The notes under the pieces are model-generated. The model made no database searches. It saw nothing but the letters and a program-made list of their open reading frames with translations, and was not told the DNA's origin. Source: Patescibacteria group bacterium (lineage in GTDB: Bacteria > Patescibacteriota > Minisyncoccia > GWC2-36-17 > M10-OD1-4). Taken from it: a stretch of 61,076 nt of DNA. The stretch lies in the NCBI GenBank assembly GCA_038061695.1, contig JBBTYT010000005.1, positions 1 to 61,076 on the forward strand, read 5' to 3'. Positions 1-9,335 of this stretch are shown here, one piece after another (within the stretch, counting starts at the first letter, position 1; every line of letters begins with the position of its first letter). Position numbers and translations under genes: made by a program.

Positions 1-51
1 TAAAGGACTCGAGAGTAATAATGTTTTTTCAATGATCTTAATCTATTTTCT

Positions 52-1032
52 TTAAGTATAGTAATTTATAATTTTCTGTGTTAAGATAAGTTGAATTTGA
101 TTATTTATATTTGATATAACTGTATTTATATTGGTTCTACCTGTATTTACATTAGTTCTATATGTATCTATCGTAGTTGATGATAGTCCGGTAGCACTGT
201 CAATTGCGCTGTTTAAGTTTAATAAAAAGTCTCTGATAAGAATAAGACGAGTTTTTGAACTTAAGAGCAAATAGTCAAAATCAGATAATGATGTTAAGCC
301 TGCTATCTCCAACTTAAAAAGACTAACTTGATTTCCGACTATGAATCTATTTTGCTCTAAATTTGCTCTTAGAGAAGCATCAAGAATATTAAATGTTAAT
401 TTAAAATCATTAGGCACCTGCTCTGAGAATATTCCTGTTGTCTTATTATTAACAACGTCATACGCTTTTGTATAAGCATCATTTAAAATATCATCTACGC
501 TATCATAAAGATTTTTTATATCTAAATCTGATTTTTGTTTTATATTTTCTAAATTCGTACTTGCATTAGAGAGTGATTTTTTTGCGTTGGCAACCTTTGT
601 TTCTGAAATCTGTATTTCCTCTGCCCTTGTCCCTTTTTTCATCTCATCGAAAATAGACTCTTGCGTTTTGAACGCATATTCATACTGACTAAGTTGCGCT
701 TTTGCTGAATCCACCCCCGCCTCTGCTTGAGCAAGTTTAGCTAAAAGATCTCCTTTGTCTAAGGAAATTAAAACTTTCCCAGCCTCAACAACATCACCAA
801 TCTTTACATTTATATTAGATACTTTACCTCCTATCTCAAAAGCTAAATCAACACTCTCAACTGGCTTGATACTTCCAGTCACACTGACCTCCTCCACTAT
901 ATCTGACATCTTAATAATAAAAGATTCGTAAGTTAATTCTTTCTCGCCACCTAAGGAAATATAAGAAAAAATAATAATCGCTAAAATAGCAAAAGAAATT
1001 ACAATATATTTTTTTATTATAAAATTCATCAT
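52..1032 (-). CDS. HlyD-family membrane-fusion (periplasmic adaptor) protein, apparently lacking the C-terminal barrel half
   Basis: N-terminal TM (IVISFAILAIIIFSYI). Lipoyl-like motif VDLAFEIGGKVSNINVKIGDVVEAGKVLISLD is followed by a long coiled coil (LAKLAQAEAGVDSAKAQL...). The ORF stops while still helical, 51 nt from the window edge. Confidence 0.65.
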   Translation of the reverse strand: MMNFIIKKYIVISFAILAIIIFSYISLGGEKELTYESFIIKMSDIVEEVSVTGSIKPVESVDLAFEIGGKVSNINVKIGDVVEAGKVLISLDKGDLLAKLAQAEAGVDSAKAQLSQYEYAFKTQESIFDEMKKGTRAEEIQISETKVANAKKSLSNASTNLENIKQKSDLDIKNLYDSVDDILNDAYTKAYDVVNNKTTGIFSEQVPNDFKLTFNILDASLRANLEQNRFIVGNQVSLFKLEIAGLTSLSDFDYLLLSSKTRLILIRDFLLNLNSAIDSATGLSSTTIDTYRTNVNTGRTNINTVISNINNQIQLILTQKIINYYT

Positions 1033-1282
1033 ATTAATTTTATACGATCACCATTAAAAGCTTTCTGTATTTGTTTGCATAAAGATACCGCCAACTGATT
1101 TTCTGTTGTGCAAATATAAATAACTCCATCTCTTCATATATTTATAATGCTTAATACTCTTAATTGTAAGTATAGCTCTTTATAATAATCTATTCAATAT
1201 TTTATATTTTATGTGAAGGGTGGAATATTTCAAAATTTCTGTTATTATAATATAATATTAAAAAAAATAATCTATATTTATT

Positions 1283-2008
1283 ATGAGAGGAGTAATAATC
1301 GCCGGAGGAAAAGGCTCAAGGCTTTATCCATTAACAAAAACAATAAACAAAAGCTTACTGCCAATCTACGACAAACCAATGATTTATTATTCTATTCTAA
1401 TGCTTGCTAATGTCGGCATCAAAGAAATCTTAATAGTTACCGGCACAGAACATTCAGGACAATTTATAAATCTGCTTGGATCCGGAGATGCGTTTGGTGT
1501 AAAACTTCACTATGAAGTGCAAAGAGATCCTCTTGGACCGGCTGACGCCATCAATGTTGCAAAAGATTTTGCCAGAAAAGAAAAAATTATTGTCATCTTT
1601 GCAGACAACATATTTGAAGATGATATCAAAAAAGCTTGTCAGAATTTTAAAAATCAAAAATCAGGAGCAAAGATATTTTTAAAAGAAGTTTCTGATCCTG
1701 GAAGATTCGGCGTTGCAGAGGTGAAACATGGTAAAGTTGTTGCTATTGAAGAAAAGCCGAAAAAACCAAAAAGCAATTTAGCTGTTGTTGGACTTTACAT
1801 GTACGATGAAAAGGCATTTGATATTATAAGCGGACTCAAGCCTTCTAACAGAGGCGAGTATGAGGTTACGGATCTTAACAACCATTACATTAAAAATAAT
1901 AAAATGACATACGAAATTCTTAACGGTCACTGGACTGATGCCGGAACTTTTGATTCACTTCTTGCTGTTAATAATTGGATCGCAGAGAAAAGCAAAAAAG
2001 AAAAATAA
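1283..2008 (+). CDS. sugar-1-phosphate nucleotidyltransferase (short RmlA/glucose-1-phosphate thymidylyltransferase-like)
   Basis: N-terminal signature MRGVIIAGGKGSRLYPLT...KSLLPIYDKPMIYY, plus EKP..PKSNLAVVGLYMY, typical of the RmlA family. Confidence 0.8.
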   Translation: MRGVIIAGGKGSRLYPLTKTINKSLLPIYDKPMIYYSILMLANVGIKEILIVTGTEHSGQFINLLGSGDAFGVKLHYEVQRDPLGPADAINVAKDFARKEKIIVIFADNIFEDDIKKACQNFKNQKSGAKIFLKEVSDPGRFGVAEVKHGKVVAIEEKPKKPKSNLAVVGLYMYDEKAFDIISGLKPSNRGEYEVTDLNNHYIKNNKMTYEILNGHWTDAGTFDSLLAVNNWIAEKSKKEK

Positions 2009-2694
2009 TGACAGATATAGCAATTTTTCAAAAAATTTATGAATTTGTTATGGAAAACAAAGCATTGAGCTATTGGATTATTTTTTTATCCACACTTCTT
2101 GAAACAACCGTATTCATAGGACTTTTCATACCAGCAATCATACTTATAATAGTCTCTGGATTTATTGCGTATAATGGCTATCTTGATGGATCATTAATTA
2201 TATTTATCGCGATTCTTGGAGCAATAATTGGAGATACTCTGAATTATTTTCTTGGAAAATATTATAAAAATAAGAATAGATCCGGACAAACGACATTGAT
2301 AGAAAAAATATTTAAGCAGAAAAAATATTTAAATTATTCAAAAGAATTCTTTCAAAAACATGGTGGTAAAAGCATATTGCTTGGAAGATTTATAGGAATC
2401 ATAAGACCCTTCATATCATTTATAGCCGGTAGCTCAGAGATGCCATTAGGAAAATTTATGTACTTTAATATCATCGGGGCGATTATTTGTATTCTAATTT
2501 ATTTTGAAATAGGATATTTATTCGGCTCAAGCATTGAAATACTTATAAATTCACTTGAAAGAATAGAATATTTTCTTTTGATAGCACTACTTATTCTCTT
2601 ATCATTTTTATATTTAAGAAGTATATTTAAAAGAAAGATAAAATCTGAGATTTTAAAAAAGTCCAATGAATTATTGAAGAAAATAGAAGAATAA
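2008..2694 (+). CDS. DedA/SNARE-associated family membrane protein
   Basis: GDTLNYFLGKYY and FFQKHGGKSILLGRFIGIIRPFISFIAGSSEMP motifs with several TM helices. I chose the internal ATG at 2008, which overlaps the upstream stop as TAATG, over the ORF-track start at 1975. Confidence 0.75.
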   Translation: MTDIAIFQKIYEFVMENKALSYWIIFLSTLLETTVFIGLFIPAIILIIVSGFIAYNGYLDGSLIIFIAILGAIIGDTLNYFLGKYYKNKNRSGQTTLIEKIFKQKKYLNYSKEFFQKHGGKSILLGRFIGIIRPFISFIAGSSEMPLGKFMYFNIIGAIICILIYFEIGYLFGSSIEILINSLERIEYFLLIALLILLSFLYLRSIFKRKIKSEILKKSNELLKKIEE

Positions 2695-2717
2695 AAAATA
2701 ACGATGTATAACTATTT

Positions 2718-4112
2718 TTATTCTAGAGACTTCTTCAAATAATCCTTTAAAATATCTATCTTCACTCTTTCTTGCTTCATAGTATCTCTGTCACGAACAG
2801 TAACAGAATTATCATCAAGGGATTCAAAGTCAATCGTTATACAATAAGGAGTTCCTATTTCATCTTGTCTTCTATATCTCTTTCCTACATTTCCACTATC
2901 ATCAAATTCACACATAAAACTTTTTTTAAGTTCATCAAATATATCTCTGGCCTTATTTACAAGCTCTGGCTTATTTTTAAGAAGCGGAAAAACTGCCACT
3001 TTTACAGGAGCTATTTTTTTTGCAAATTTCATAACAACCCTCAACTCTCCATCAATTTCTTCTTCCGTATAAGCCTCTGTCAATATTGCAAGCATAGTTC
3101 TTCCTACGCCAACAGATGATTCTATTATATGTGGCACAAATTCCTCATTTGTCTTAGGGTCTCTATACAAAAGTTTTTCACCTGAATATTTTGAATGTTG
3201 AGAGAGATCATAATCACTCCTTGCATGAATACCCTCAAGCTCCTTAAAACCAAACGGAAAATTATATTCTATATCGTATGCCTCCTTCGCATAAAAAACA
3301 AAATTTTTATGTTTCTTCCACTTTAGATTTTCCTCTTTTATCCCAAGATATTTTACATAATAATCCCATCTATACTCCTTCAATTTTTCATATTCCAACA
3401 TCTCATCTTTTGGATTTACAAAATATTGCATTTCCATCTGTTCAAATTCGCGTGTTCTAAATATAAATTGCCTTGCGGTTATTTCATTACGAAAAGCCTT
3501 TCCGACTTGTGCTATGCCAAAAGGAACTTTTACTCTTGTGGAATCAAGAACATTTTTATAATTCACATAAATACCTTGACATGTTTCTCCTCTTAAGTAA
3601 GAAGGGTTTTCATTTGCGTTTCCTGTAAAATTTCCCAAATTTGACTTTACTAATAAATTAAACTTTTTTACATTCGTAAAATCAGAACCTCCGCATTTTT
3701 GACATTTTACCTTATTTTTATTTTCAAAAAATAATTTATTTATCTCATCCTCAGACATTTTTTCATCAGCCATTATCCCAGCCTCTTCAAGAAGATGATC
3801 AACTCTTAATCTGCTATTGCATTTCTTGCACTCGGTTAAAGGATCTGAAAATCCTGAAATATGTCCGCTTGCTTCCCAAATCTTCGGATGCATAAAAATA
3901 GATGAATCAAGCCCGATTATATCCTCTCTCAATTGAACCATATATCTCCACCATTCATTTTTCAAAGCATTCTCAAGCTCAACTCCATAAGGTCCATAAT
4001 CATACACTGCAGAAAAACCGCCATAAATTTCAGATGATGGATAAACAAAACCCCTCCTCTTGCAAAGAGATATTATTTTTTTCATTAAATCCTGCTCTAC
4101 TTCTTTCTCCAT
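2718..4112 (-). CDS. glyQS: glycine--tRNA ligase (dimeric class II type)
   Basis: RGFVYPSSEIYGGFSAVYDYGPYGVELENALKNEWW at the N-terminus, class II motifs, and an anticodon-binding C-terminal domain. Confidence 0.95.
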   Translation of the reverse strand: MEKEVEQDLMKKIISLCKRRGFVYPSSEIYGGFSAVYDYGPYGVELENALKNEWWRYMVQLREDIIGLDSSIFMHPKIWEASGHISGFSDPLTECKKCNSRLRVDHLLEEAGIMADEKMSEDEINKLFFENKNKVKCQKCGGSDFTNVKKFNLLVKSNLGNFTGNANENPSYLRGETCQGIYVNYKNVLDSTRVKVPFGIAQVGKAFRNEITARQFIFRTREFEQMEMQYFVNPKDEMLEYEKLKEYRWDYYVKYLGIKEENLKWKKHKNFVFYAKEAYDIEYNFPFGFKELEGIHARSDYDLSQHSKYSGEKLLYRDPKTNEEFVPHIIESSVGVGRTMLAILTEAYTEEEIDGELRVVMKFAKKIAPVKVAVFPLLKNKPELVNKARDIFDELKKSFMCEFDDSGNVGKRYRRQDEIGTPYCITIDFESLDDNSVTVRDRDTMKQERVKIDILKDYLKKSLE

Positions 4113-4216
4113 AATAAAAACATTCTACTTTATTCAAAGACAAAAATCAATTAAAGGATCTGCCTATTGAAAAAATCTAAAAATTATGTAAAATAAAGAT
4201 ACTAAAAAGAGAATAA

Positions 4217-4291
4217 GCGGGCATCGTATAATGGCTATTATCTCTGCCTTCCAAGCAGATGATCGGGGTTCGAATCCCCGTGCCCGCTCCA
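4217..4291 (+). tRNA. tRNA-Gly(UCC), CCA encoded
   Basis: Manual cloverleaf: acceptor GCGGGCA/TGCCCGC, anticodon stem TCTGC/GCAGA, loop CTTCCAA (anticodon TCC), T arm CGGGG-TTCGAAT-CCCCG, discriminator U, 3' CCA. Confidence 0.95.
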
Positions 4292-4405
4292 AAAAAATAA
4301 ATTTTGTTTCTCTGAAAATATAACATACAATCTTGACGAGATTGTTTTTATTTTGTATCATATAGTAAATAAAGTTGATCTTTTACAATCCATAGGAGGT
4401 GAAAA

Positions 4406-4939
4406 ATGGCTGAAAAAAATGTTTTGGTTGTTGTGCTTGGGTACGGGTGTCATCTCACCGAACCCATGAAGCATTATCTTGATCTAGTTATTGATTTCTC
4501 GGAAATCTCCGATGTCGTGGCTATCGTTACTACTGGCGGATATACGAACCGGAAAAATGCGCCTGGAGTTAGTGAGGCTGGAATGATGGCAGATTACCTG
4601 AAGGAGTGTGGTGTTGTTGTTCCTCTTATCTTGGAGGAATCCTCTGTAACGACGAACCAAAACCTGCAAAGTATTACTCGGGTCATCAGTGAGAGAAATT
4701 TTGACTACAAGCGATTGGTGATTTTTTGCGATGGTGCGAGAAGCATCAAAGTGAAAATTCTTGCACGACTCATTCTAGGCCATTGGCCCGAAGTGATGAC
4801 ATACGAGCTAACGAAAAGTTTTATCGCGAAACTCAAACAACTTTTCATTGCAACGCCGTTTGATGTTCTTGCTTCGAAGTTTCCATTTTTCGAAAAAATG
4901 GAACTTCGGAGAAAAGAACGCATTATGAATAGCAGTTGA
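4406..4939 (+). CDS. DUF218 / YdcF-ElyC-like domain protein
   Basis: VVVLGYGC...VAIVTTGGYTN...GVSEAGMMADYLKECGV...LEESSVTTNQNL matches the YdcF/DUF218 pattern (GG...SEA..M..YL..GV...E..S.nT.eN). SD AGGAGG lies 7 nt upstream. Confidence 0.65.
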   Translation: MAEKNVLVVVLGYGCHLTEPMKHYLDLVIDFSEISDVVAIVTTGGYTNRKNAPGVSEAGMMADYLKECGVVVPLILEESSVTTNQNLQSITRVISERNFDYKRLVIFCDGARSIKVKILARLILGHWPEVMTYELTKSFIAKLKQLFIATPFDVLASKFPFFEKMELRRKERIMNSS

Positions 4940-4961
4940 AATTGAAATATAAACAATAGTT

Positions 4962-4992
4962 GAGAGGAGACACCACGTGCTCCTCTCTTTTC
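4962..4992 (+). terminator. rho-independent terminator
   Basis: GAGAGGAG (4962-4969), 10-nt loop, CTCCTCTC (4980-4987), then TTTTC. Confidence 0.6.
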
Positions 4993-5036
4993 TTAAGCAG
5001 TAAAAATCGCTACAATCAATAAAAGAAAACGATACT

Positions 5037-6059
5037 ATGAGCAACAAAATAACCGAAAAATACTTTACTCAAGATGACTTCTCTCAACGGGAAGCTGACG
5101 TTTTAGCGCAAGTTACAAGCGAGACTGGATTCGTCGTGGAAAAGGAAATTTTTCGTGGCATGATTTACGACAAGACCAAAGTTGGTAGCCTAATTTACAA
5201 GGGCATGTTGAATGGCGAACCAGCCGTACTAAAACTTCAAGGACTGAAGCCGGAAGTTGATGAAGGCAAAATCGTCCGACACTTTACCGATCAAAATAAG
5301 AGTAACCTAATTCATGTTCCCATTATATACAGACATAAGCCGTGGAGCGAAGAACGTGGATATGGCTATCTCATCACCAAATATATTGACGCGCCGAAGA
5401 TTTTCGAGATGCCGTTCGCCAGCACGGAGCAAATGCTGGATTTCGCCCGTTTCTACCAAGAGTATCGAACTTCTGCGCTTACGCGTTCTTGGATTGAACC
5501 AGAGACAAAAGACAGCTTGGTATTTACAGTTCATAGGGTAGACCACTGGCGAAAAATATCCGAATATAAAAAGCGAATAAACTTGAAAGACTATGCACCG
5601 TATCTTGTCAGATATTATCCGCTGGCAGTCAAACATTTATCATCGATTCCAATGGTTTTCTGTCACGGTCATCTTACCGCGAACGACATCTACTGTTTGC
5701 CCGATGGTTCTTTTGTAGTTCTCTCAAATTTGTTCTGGTCATATCGTCCGCAGTGGTACGATCTCGCGTTCAACATCTGGAGTTGCCTGATGCATATTCG
5801 AGACACCGACTACACTTTTGAGCAACTATTGGAATATATCTCAAAGTGGCTTGCCGTCTATCACACAATTCCGGTCGTGCAACAAGACAAGGATTTTGAA
5901 CGCAAAATAAACGCTCTTCTCCTTGAACGAACAATAGGCGCAATATTGGTTGATTTGGGGGCAAATGACTTCTATGAAAAAGAAGAAAATAAACCTTACT
6001 TCAAACATCTTCTTAATCTGCACCAGCAGTTATTTGATCATCTGGTGAAAAAACTATAA
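5037..6059 (+). CDS. APH/choline-kinase-fold phosphotransferase-like protein with a non-canonical catalytic motif
   Basis: PAVLKLQG (beta3 Lys). VFCHGHLTANDIYCLPDGSFVVLSNLFWSYRPQWYDLA aligns by eye to the APH HGDxxxxN...IDxxxxxxxDxxxDLA region, but the catalytic positions are altered. Confidence 0.55.
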   Translation: MSNKITEKYFTQDDFSQREADVLAQVTSETGFVVEKEIFRGMIYDKTKVGSLIYKGMLNGEPAVLKLQGLKPEVDEGKIVRHFTDQNKSNLIHVPIIYRHKPWSEERGYGYLITKYIDAPKIFEMPFASTEQMLDFARFYQEYRTSALTRSWIEPETKDSLVFTVHRVDHWRKISEYKKRINLKDYAPYLVRYYPLAVKHLSSIPMVFCHGHLTANDIYCLPDGSFVVLSNLFWSYRPQWYDLAFNIWSCLMHIRDTDYTFEQLLEYISKWLAVYHTIPVVQQDKDFERKINALLLERTIGAILVDLGANDFYEKEENKPYFKHLLNLHQQLFDHLVKKL

Positions 6060-6075
6060 ACTGCATAACCACACA

Positions 6076-6110
6076 GCGCTTGCCGAAATTCGGTAAGCGC
6101 TTTTTTATTT
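6076..6110 (+). terminator. rho-independent terminator
   Basis: GCGCTTGCC (6076-6084), loop, GGTAAGCGC (6092-6100, one G-U pair), then TTTTTTATTTT. Confidence 0.65.
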
Positions 6111-6120
6111 TTGTTTTTTA

Positions 6121-7146
6121 TTAGTTTATCTTTCTTGATGAAGAGTTAATTATATTACCTAAAGCTTTTTTTCTTAAACTTATAAACTCATCTTTCTCAT
6201 CAATTATATCACCTACTAATTTCTCCAGAACATCCTCCAGCGTAACAATCCCTGCTGTCCCACCAAATCTATCTTTTACTATAGCCAAATGAAAACGTTT
6301 CTTTTGAAATAAAGGCAAAAGCTCATCCGCCTTAGTATCTTCATAAACAAAAATAGGCGGTGTTGAAAAATCCTTAACATTCACATTACCTCTACCTCTA
6401 TTTAATGCTACGAGCAAATCCTGTCTATGACAAACTCCAACAATATTATCTATACTTCCTGAATAAATTGGAAATCTAGAATTTGACAGATTATAAATTT
6501 CCTCTTTCACTTCATCTAAACTTCTTTCTGCCAATAAAGCGACTACCGACATTTTTGGTGTCATTATATCTTTTGCCTTTATATCATTTAAAGTAAAAAC
6601 TCTATTTATGATATTCATCTCATCCTCCTCTATCGAACCTTCAAGATATCCTAGCTTACTTAATATTTTAAGATCATCTTCTGAAACACTCTTTTTTATC
6701 CTTGAAAACTTACTCGTTATTTTTTCTAAAACCCAAATAATAGGATAGAAAATTCTTGCAGATAAAAGAAGTGGCTTTGCCGTGAAGAGAGAGATTTGTT
6801 CTGCATAATTTTCCCCTATTGTTTTTGGTATTATCTCACCAAAAATTATAATTAAAGATGTGACGATTGCAGATATATATCCAAGCCAAACGCTTCCGAG
6901 AGTTTCAATAGCCACAGCACCAACAAACATACTACCTATTATATTTATAGTATTGTTAAAAATAACCAAAACCGTAATTGGACGCCCCATCCTCTCCTTA
7001 ATCATAACGAGGGATTCGGCACCTCTCTTCTTTTGCTCTCTTAAAATTTGCGCTCTTCTTAAATTAACAGAAAAAAGAGCAGCTTCAATACATGAAAAAA
7101 AAGCAGAACCAATTATTATAACTACTATCAAAATAATAACGCTCAT
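6121..7146 (-). CDS. CNNM/DUF21 + CBS-pair domain membrane protein (HlyC/CorC-type transporter family)
   Basis: The N-terminal DUF21 region has 3-4 TM helices (FFSCIEAALFSVN...). It is followed by a CBS pair (IMTPK..., RFPIY..., HLAIVKDRFGGTAGIVTLEDVLE). Confidence 0.8.
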   Translation of the reverse strand: MSVIILIVVIIIGSAFFSCIEAALFSVNLRRAQILREQKKRGAESLVMIKERMGRPITVLVIFNNTINIIGSMFVGAVAIETLGSVWLGYISAIVTSLIIIFGEIIPKTIGENYAEQISLFTAKPLLLSARIFYPIIWVLEKITSKFSRIKKSVSEDDLKILSKLGYLEGSIEEDEMNIINRVFTLNDIKAKDIMTPKMSVVALLAERSLDEVKEEIYNLSNSRFPIYSGSIDNIVGVCHRQDLLVALNRGRGNVNVKDFSTPPIFVYEDTKADELLPLFQKKRFHLAIVKDRFGGTAGIVTLEDVLEKLVGDIIDEKDEFISLRKKALGNIINSSSRKIN

Positions 7147-7170
7147 TTATATAAAATTAAATTATAATCC

Positions 7171-7207
7171 TCTAAAAGAAAATCCCAAGATAACTCTTGG
7201 GATTTTC
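7171..7207 (-). terminator. rho-independent terminator after hup
   Basis: 12-bp perfect stem GAAAATCCCAAG / CTTGGGATTTTC (7178-7207) with T-rich runs on both sides. Confidence 0.7.
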
Positions 7208-7291
7208 TTTCTATTTAAACTGCCTCAAAATGTCTATCATAAGTGATAGAATCAAAACCATAATTATAGCAAGCGGTCTAAATTGAAGAAT

Positions 7292-7567
7292 CTATTTTAC
7301 CGCTTCTTTCAAAGCCTTCCCAGCCTTAAATTTAGGAACTGTCACAGCTGCGATTTGAATCTTTTCACCCGTCTTTGGATTTACACCCATTCTAGCTGCT
7401 CTATCAACAACTTTAAAAGCTCCGAATCCTGCAATAGAAACCTCCTCTTTCTTTGAAAGAGTTGCGGTAATTGTATCAAACACTGCATCAACAGCCTCTT
7501 GTGCTGCCTTTTTTGTATCTAATCCTGCCTTTAACTGTACAACCTCGGCTAAAGCATCTTTGTTCAT
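7292..7567 (-). CDS. hup: DNA-binding protein HU
   Basis: 91 aa. [29 protein letters not shown] is the classic HU arm signature. Confidence 0.95.
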   Translation of the reverse strand: MNKDALAEVVQLKAGLDTKKAAQEAVDAVFDTITATLSKKEEVSIAGFGAFKVVDRAARMGVNPKTGEKIQIAAVTVPKFKAGKALKEAVK

Positions 7568-7805
7568 ATTTTTAATATCATTTAATAATTATAAATAATT
7601 AAGCTTACTTCTAATAAGTTTATCTTAAAACTACTATTTAGTAAACTCTACGCATTGTGACCTTTTTTATTTTCAAATACCAATTAACATAATTCTACCA
7701 AAAACCTTTGATTTATGCAAGATTCTAGCTTCTCATAGCTTAACACGTGTTTATATGCCCTTGTCAATAGCAAACCGCCTATCAAACCAAATAAAAAATT
7801 TAATT

Positions 7806-9335
7806 TTATCTAGCATATTCAATTACCCTGTTCTCTCTTATTACATTCACTCTTATTTCTCCAGGGTATTTTAACTCTTCTTCTATTTTATCCGCTATAG
7901 ATCTTGCCATTTTTCTTGCTGCCAAATCATCAATTTTCTCTGGGGTAACAAAAACTCTTAACTCTCTACCGGCAGATATTGCATATGCTTTTTCAACGCC
8001 CTCATGCGACATTGCAATAGCTTCAAGCTCCTCTAATCTCCTAATATAAGTTTCTAATGTTCCTCTTCTTGCTCCTGGTCTAGATGCTGAAAGCGCCTCT
8101 ACTGTAGCAACTATCTTTGATTCTAAAGTTGCATATGGATATTCATCGTGGTGTGATCTCATAGCTAATATAACTCTTTCATCAACTCCGAATTTTTGAA
8201 GAATTTTGATTCCTATCTCAACATGTGTTCCTTGAACTTCATGATCAACTGCTTTCCCTATATCATGAAATAGCGCCCCCATTCTAGTAATCTTAACATC
8301 GCCTCCAAGCTCTTCCGCAAGCATTGCGCCAATATGTACGGCTTCCAAAGAATGTTCCAGAACATTCTGACCAAAAGATGTTCTATATTTTAATCTACCC
8401 AAAAGATTAACAAGCTTTGGATCAACACCTATAACCTTAGCCTCAATAACAGCATCTTCCCCGGCTTTTTGAATACTTTTTATTATCTCAACTTTTGCCT
8501 TTTCAACAGCTTCCTCTATCTTAGCCGGCTGAATTCTTCCATCACTTATAAGTATTTCCAAAGCAAGCCTGCAAACCTGTCTTCTTATGGGATCAAAGCA
8601 TGAGATTAATATAGATCCCGGAGTATCATCAACTATAATCTCTGCACCGGTTAATTTTTCAATAGCCTTTATATTCCTACCTTCTCTACCTATAATCTTC
8701 CCCTTTATCTCATCTGAAGGAATCTTAAGAGTTGTTATTGTGACCTCTCCAGCCTGAGAACCTGAAAATCTTTGCATTACATCACTCAACATCTCTTTCG
8801 CTTTTTTATCTATCTCATTGCTTGTTTCATTTTCAAGCTTCCTCATTCTCACAAGCAAGTCATCTTTATTTCTCTGCTCAACCATAGAGAAAACAACATC
8901 TTTTGCTTTTGCTTCATTATAACCTGATATCTCTTCCAGTTTTTCAATCTGTTTCTGTTGAATAATCTTGACTTCTTCCTGAACATTTTTTATCCTTTCC
9001 ACCTTTTCTTTAATCTCCTTTTCGTCTTTTTCCTGTCTTTCAAGCCTATTTTCCAATGCATCTTCACGTTTCAAAAGATGCTCCTCTAGTTTTGAAATCT
9101 GGGACTTTCTCTCCCTATCCTCTTTTCTAGCCTCATCCAAAATAGCTAAAGATTCTTCTTTGGCTTTTTCAATTAAAGACTTTGATTTTTCTTTAGCTTC
9201 CTCAGTGAGTCTTGAAATCTTAGACTCAACAGCATCTGCTTTTTGTTTAGCTATTACCTTTCTGATGAAGTAACCTGTAACAATACCGGCTACTACACCA
9301 AAAAGTCCAATGCCTAATGACAGTAAACTTTCCAT
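7806..9335 (-). CDS. rny: ribonuclease Y
   Basis: N-terminal TM, Lys/Glu-rich coiled coil, KH domain (GKIIGREGRNIKAIEKLTG) and HD domain (LFHDIGKAVDHE). Confidence 0.95.
   Translation of the reverse strand: MESLLSLGIGLFGVVAGIVTGYFIRKVIAKQKADAVESKISRLTEEAKEKSKSLIEKAKEESLAILDEARKEDRERKSQISKLEEHLLKREDALENRLERQEKDEKEIKEKVERIKNVQEEVKIIQQKQIEKLEEISGYNEAKAKDVVFSMVEQRNKDDLLVRMRKLENETSNEIDKKAKEMLSDVMQRFSGSQAGEVTITTLKIPSDEIKGKIIGREGRNIKAIEKLTGAEIIVDDTPGSILISCFDPIRRQVCRLALEILISDGRIQPAKIEEAVEKAKVEIIKSIQKAGEDAVIEAKVIGVDPKLVNLLGRLKYRTSFGQNVLEHSLEAVHIGAMLAEELGGDVKITRMGALFHDIGKAVDHEVQGTHVEIGIKILQKFGVDERVILAMRSHHDEYPYATLESKIVATVEALSASRPGARRGTLETYIRRLEELEAIAMSHEGVEKAYAISAGRELRVFVTPEKIDDLAARKMARSIADKIEEELKYPGEIRVNVIRENRVIEYAR

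Larger units (their letters stand above)
4292..6110. other. compositionally foreign islet directly 3' of tRNA-Gly (two cargo genes, each with its own terminator, no integrase)
   Basis: Hand counts on sample 60-nt stretches gave about 42-53% GC, against roughly 20-30% in the flanks. The first gene has a strong AGGAGG SD, which is unusual among neighbouring genes. GC-rich hairpin terminators follow both genes. Confidence 0.55.

Noticed and set aside
1213-1410. 65-aa ORF overlapping the 5' end of the nucleotidyltransferase gene
   Set aside because: It is out of frame with the strongly supported GGKGSRL-motif gene, and its sequence is low complexity.
2772-4114. Several 60-115-aa plus-strand ORFs inside glyQS (2772-3119, 3278-3460, 3902-4114)
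   Set aside because: They are antisense to an unambiguous glycyl-tRNA synthetase gene and have no motifs.
4164-4361. 65-aa minus-strand ORF, and similarly 17859-18089
   Set aside because: They overlap the tRNA-Gly and tRNA-Arg genes respectively. The tRNA cloverleaves are unambiguous.
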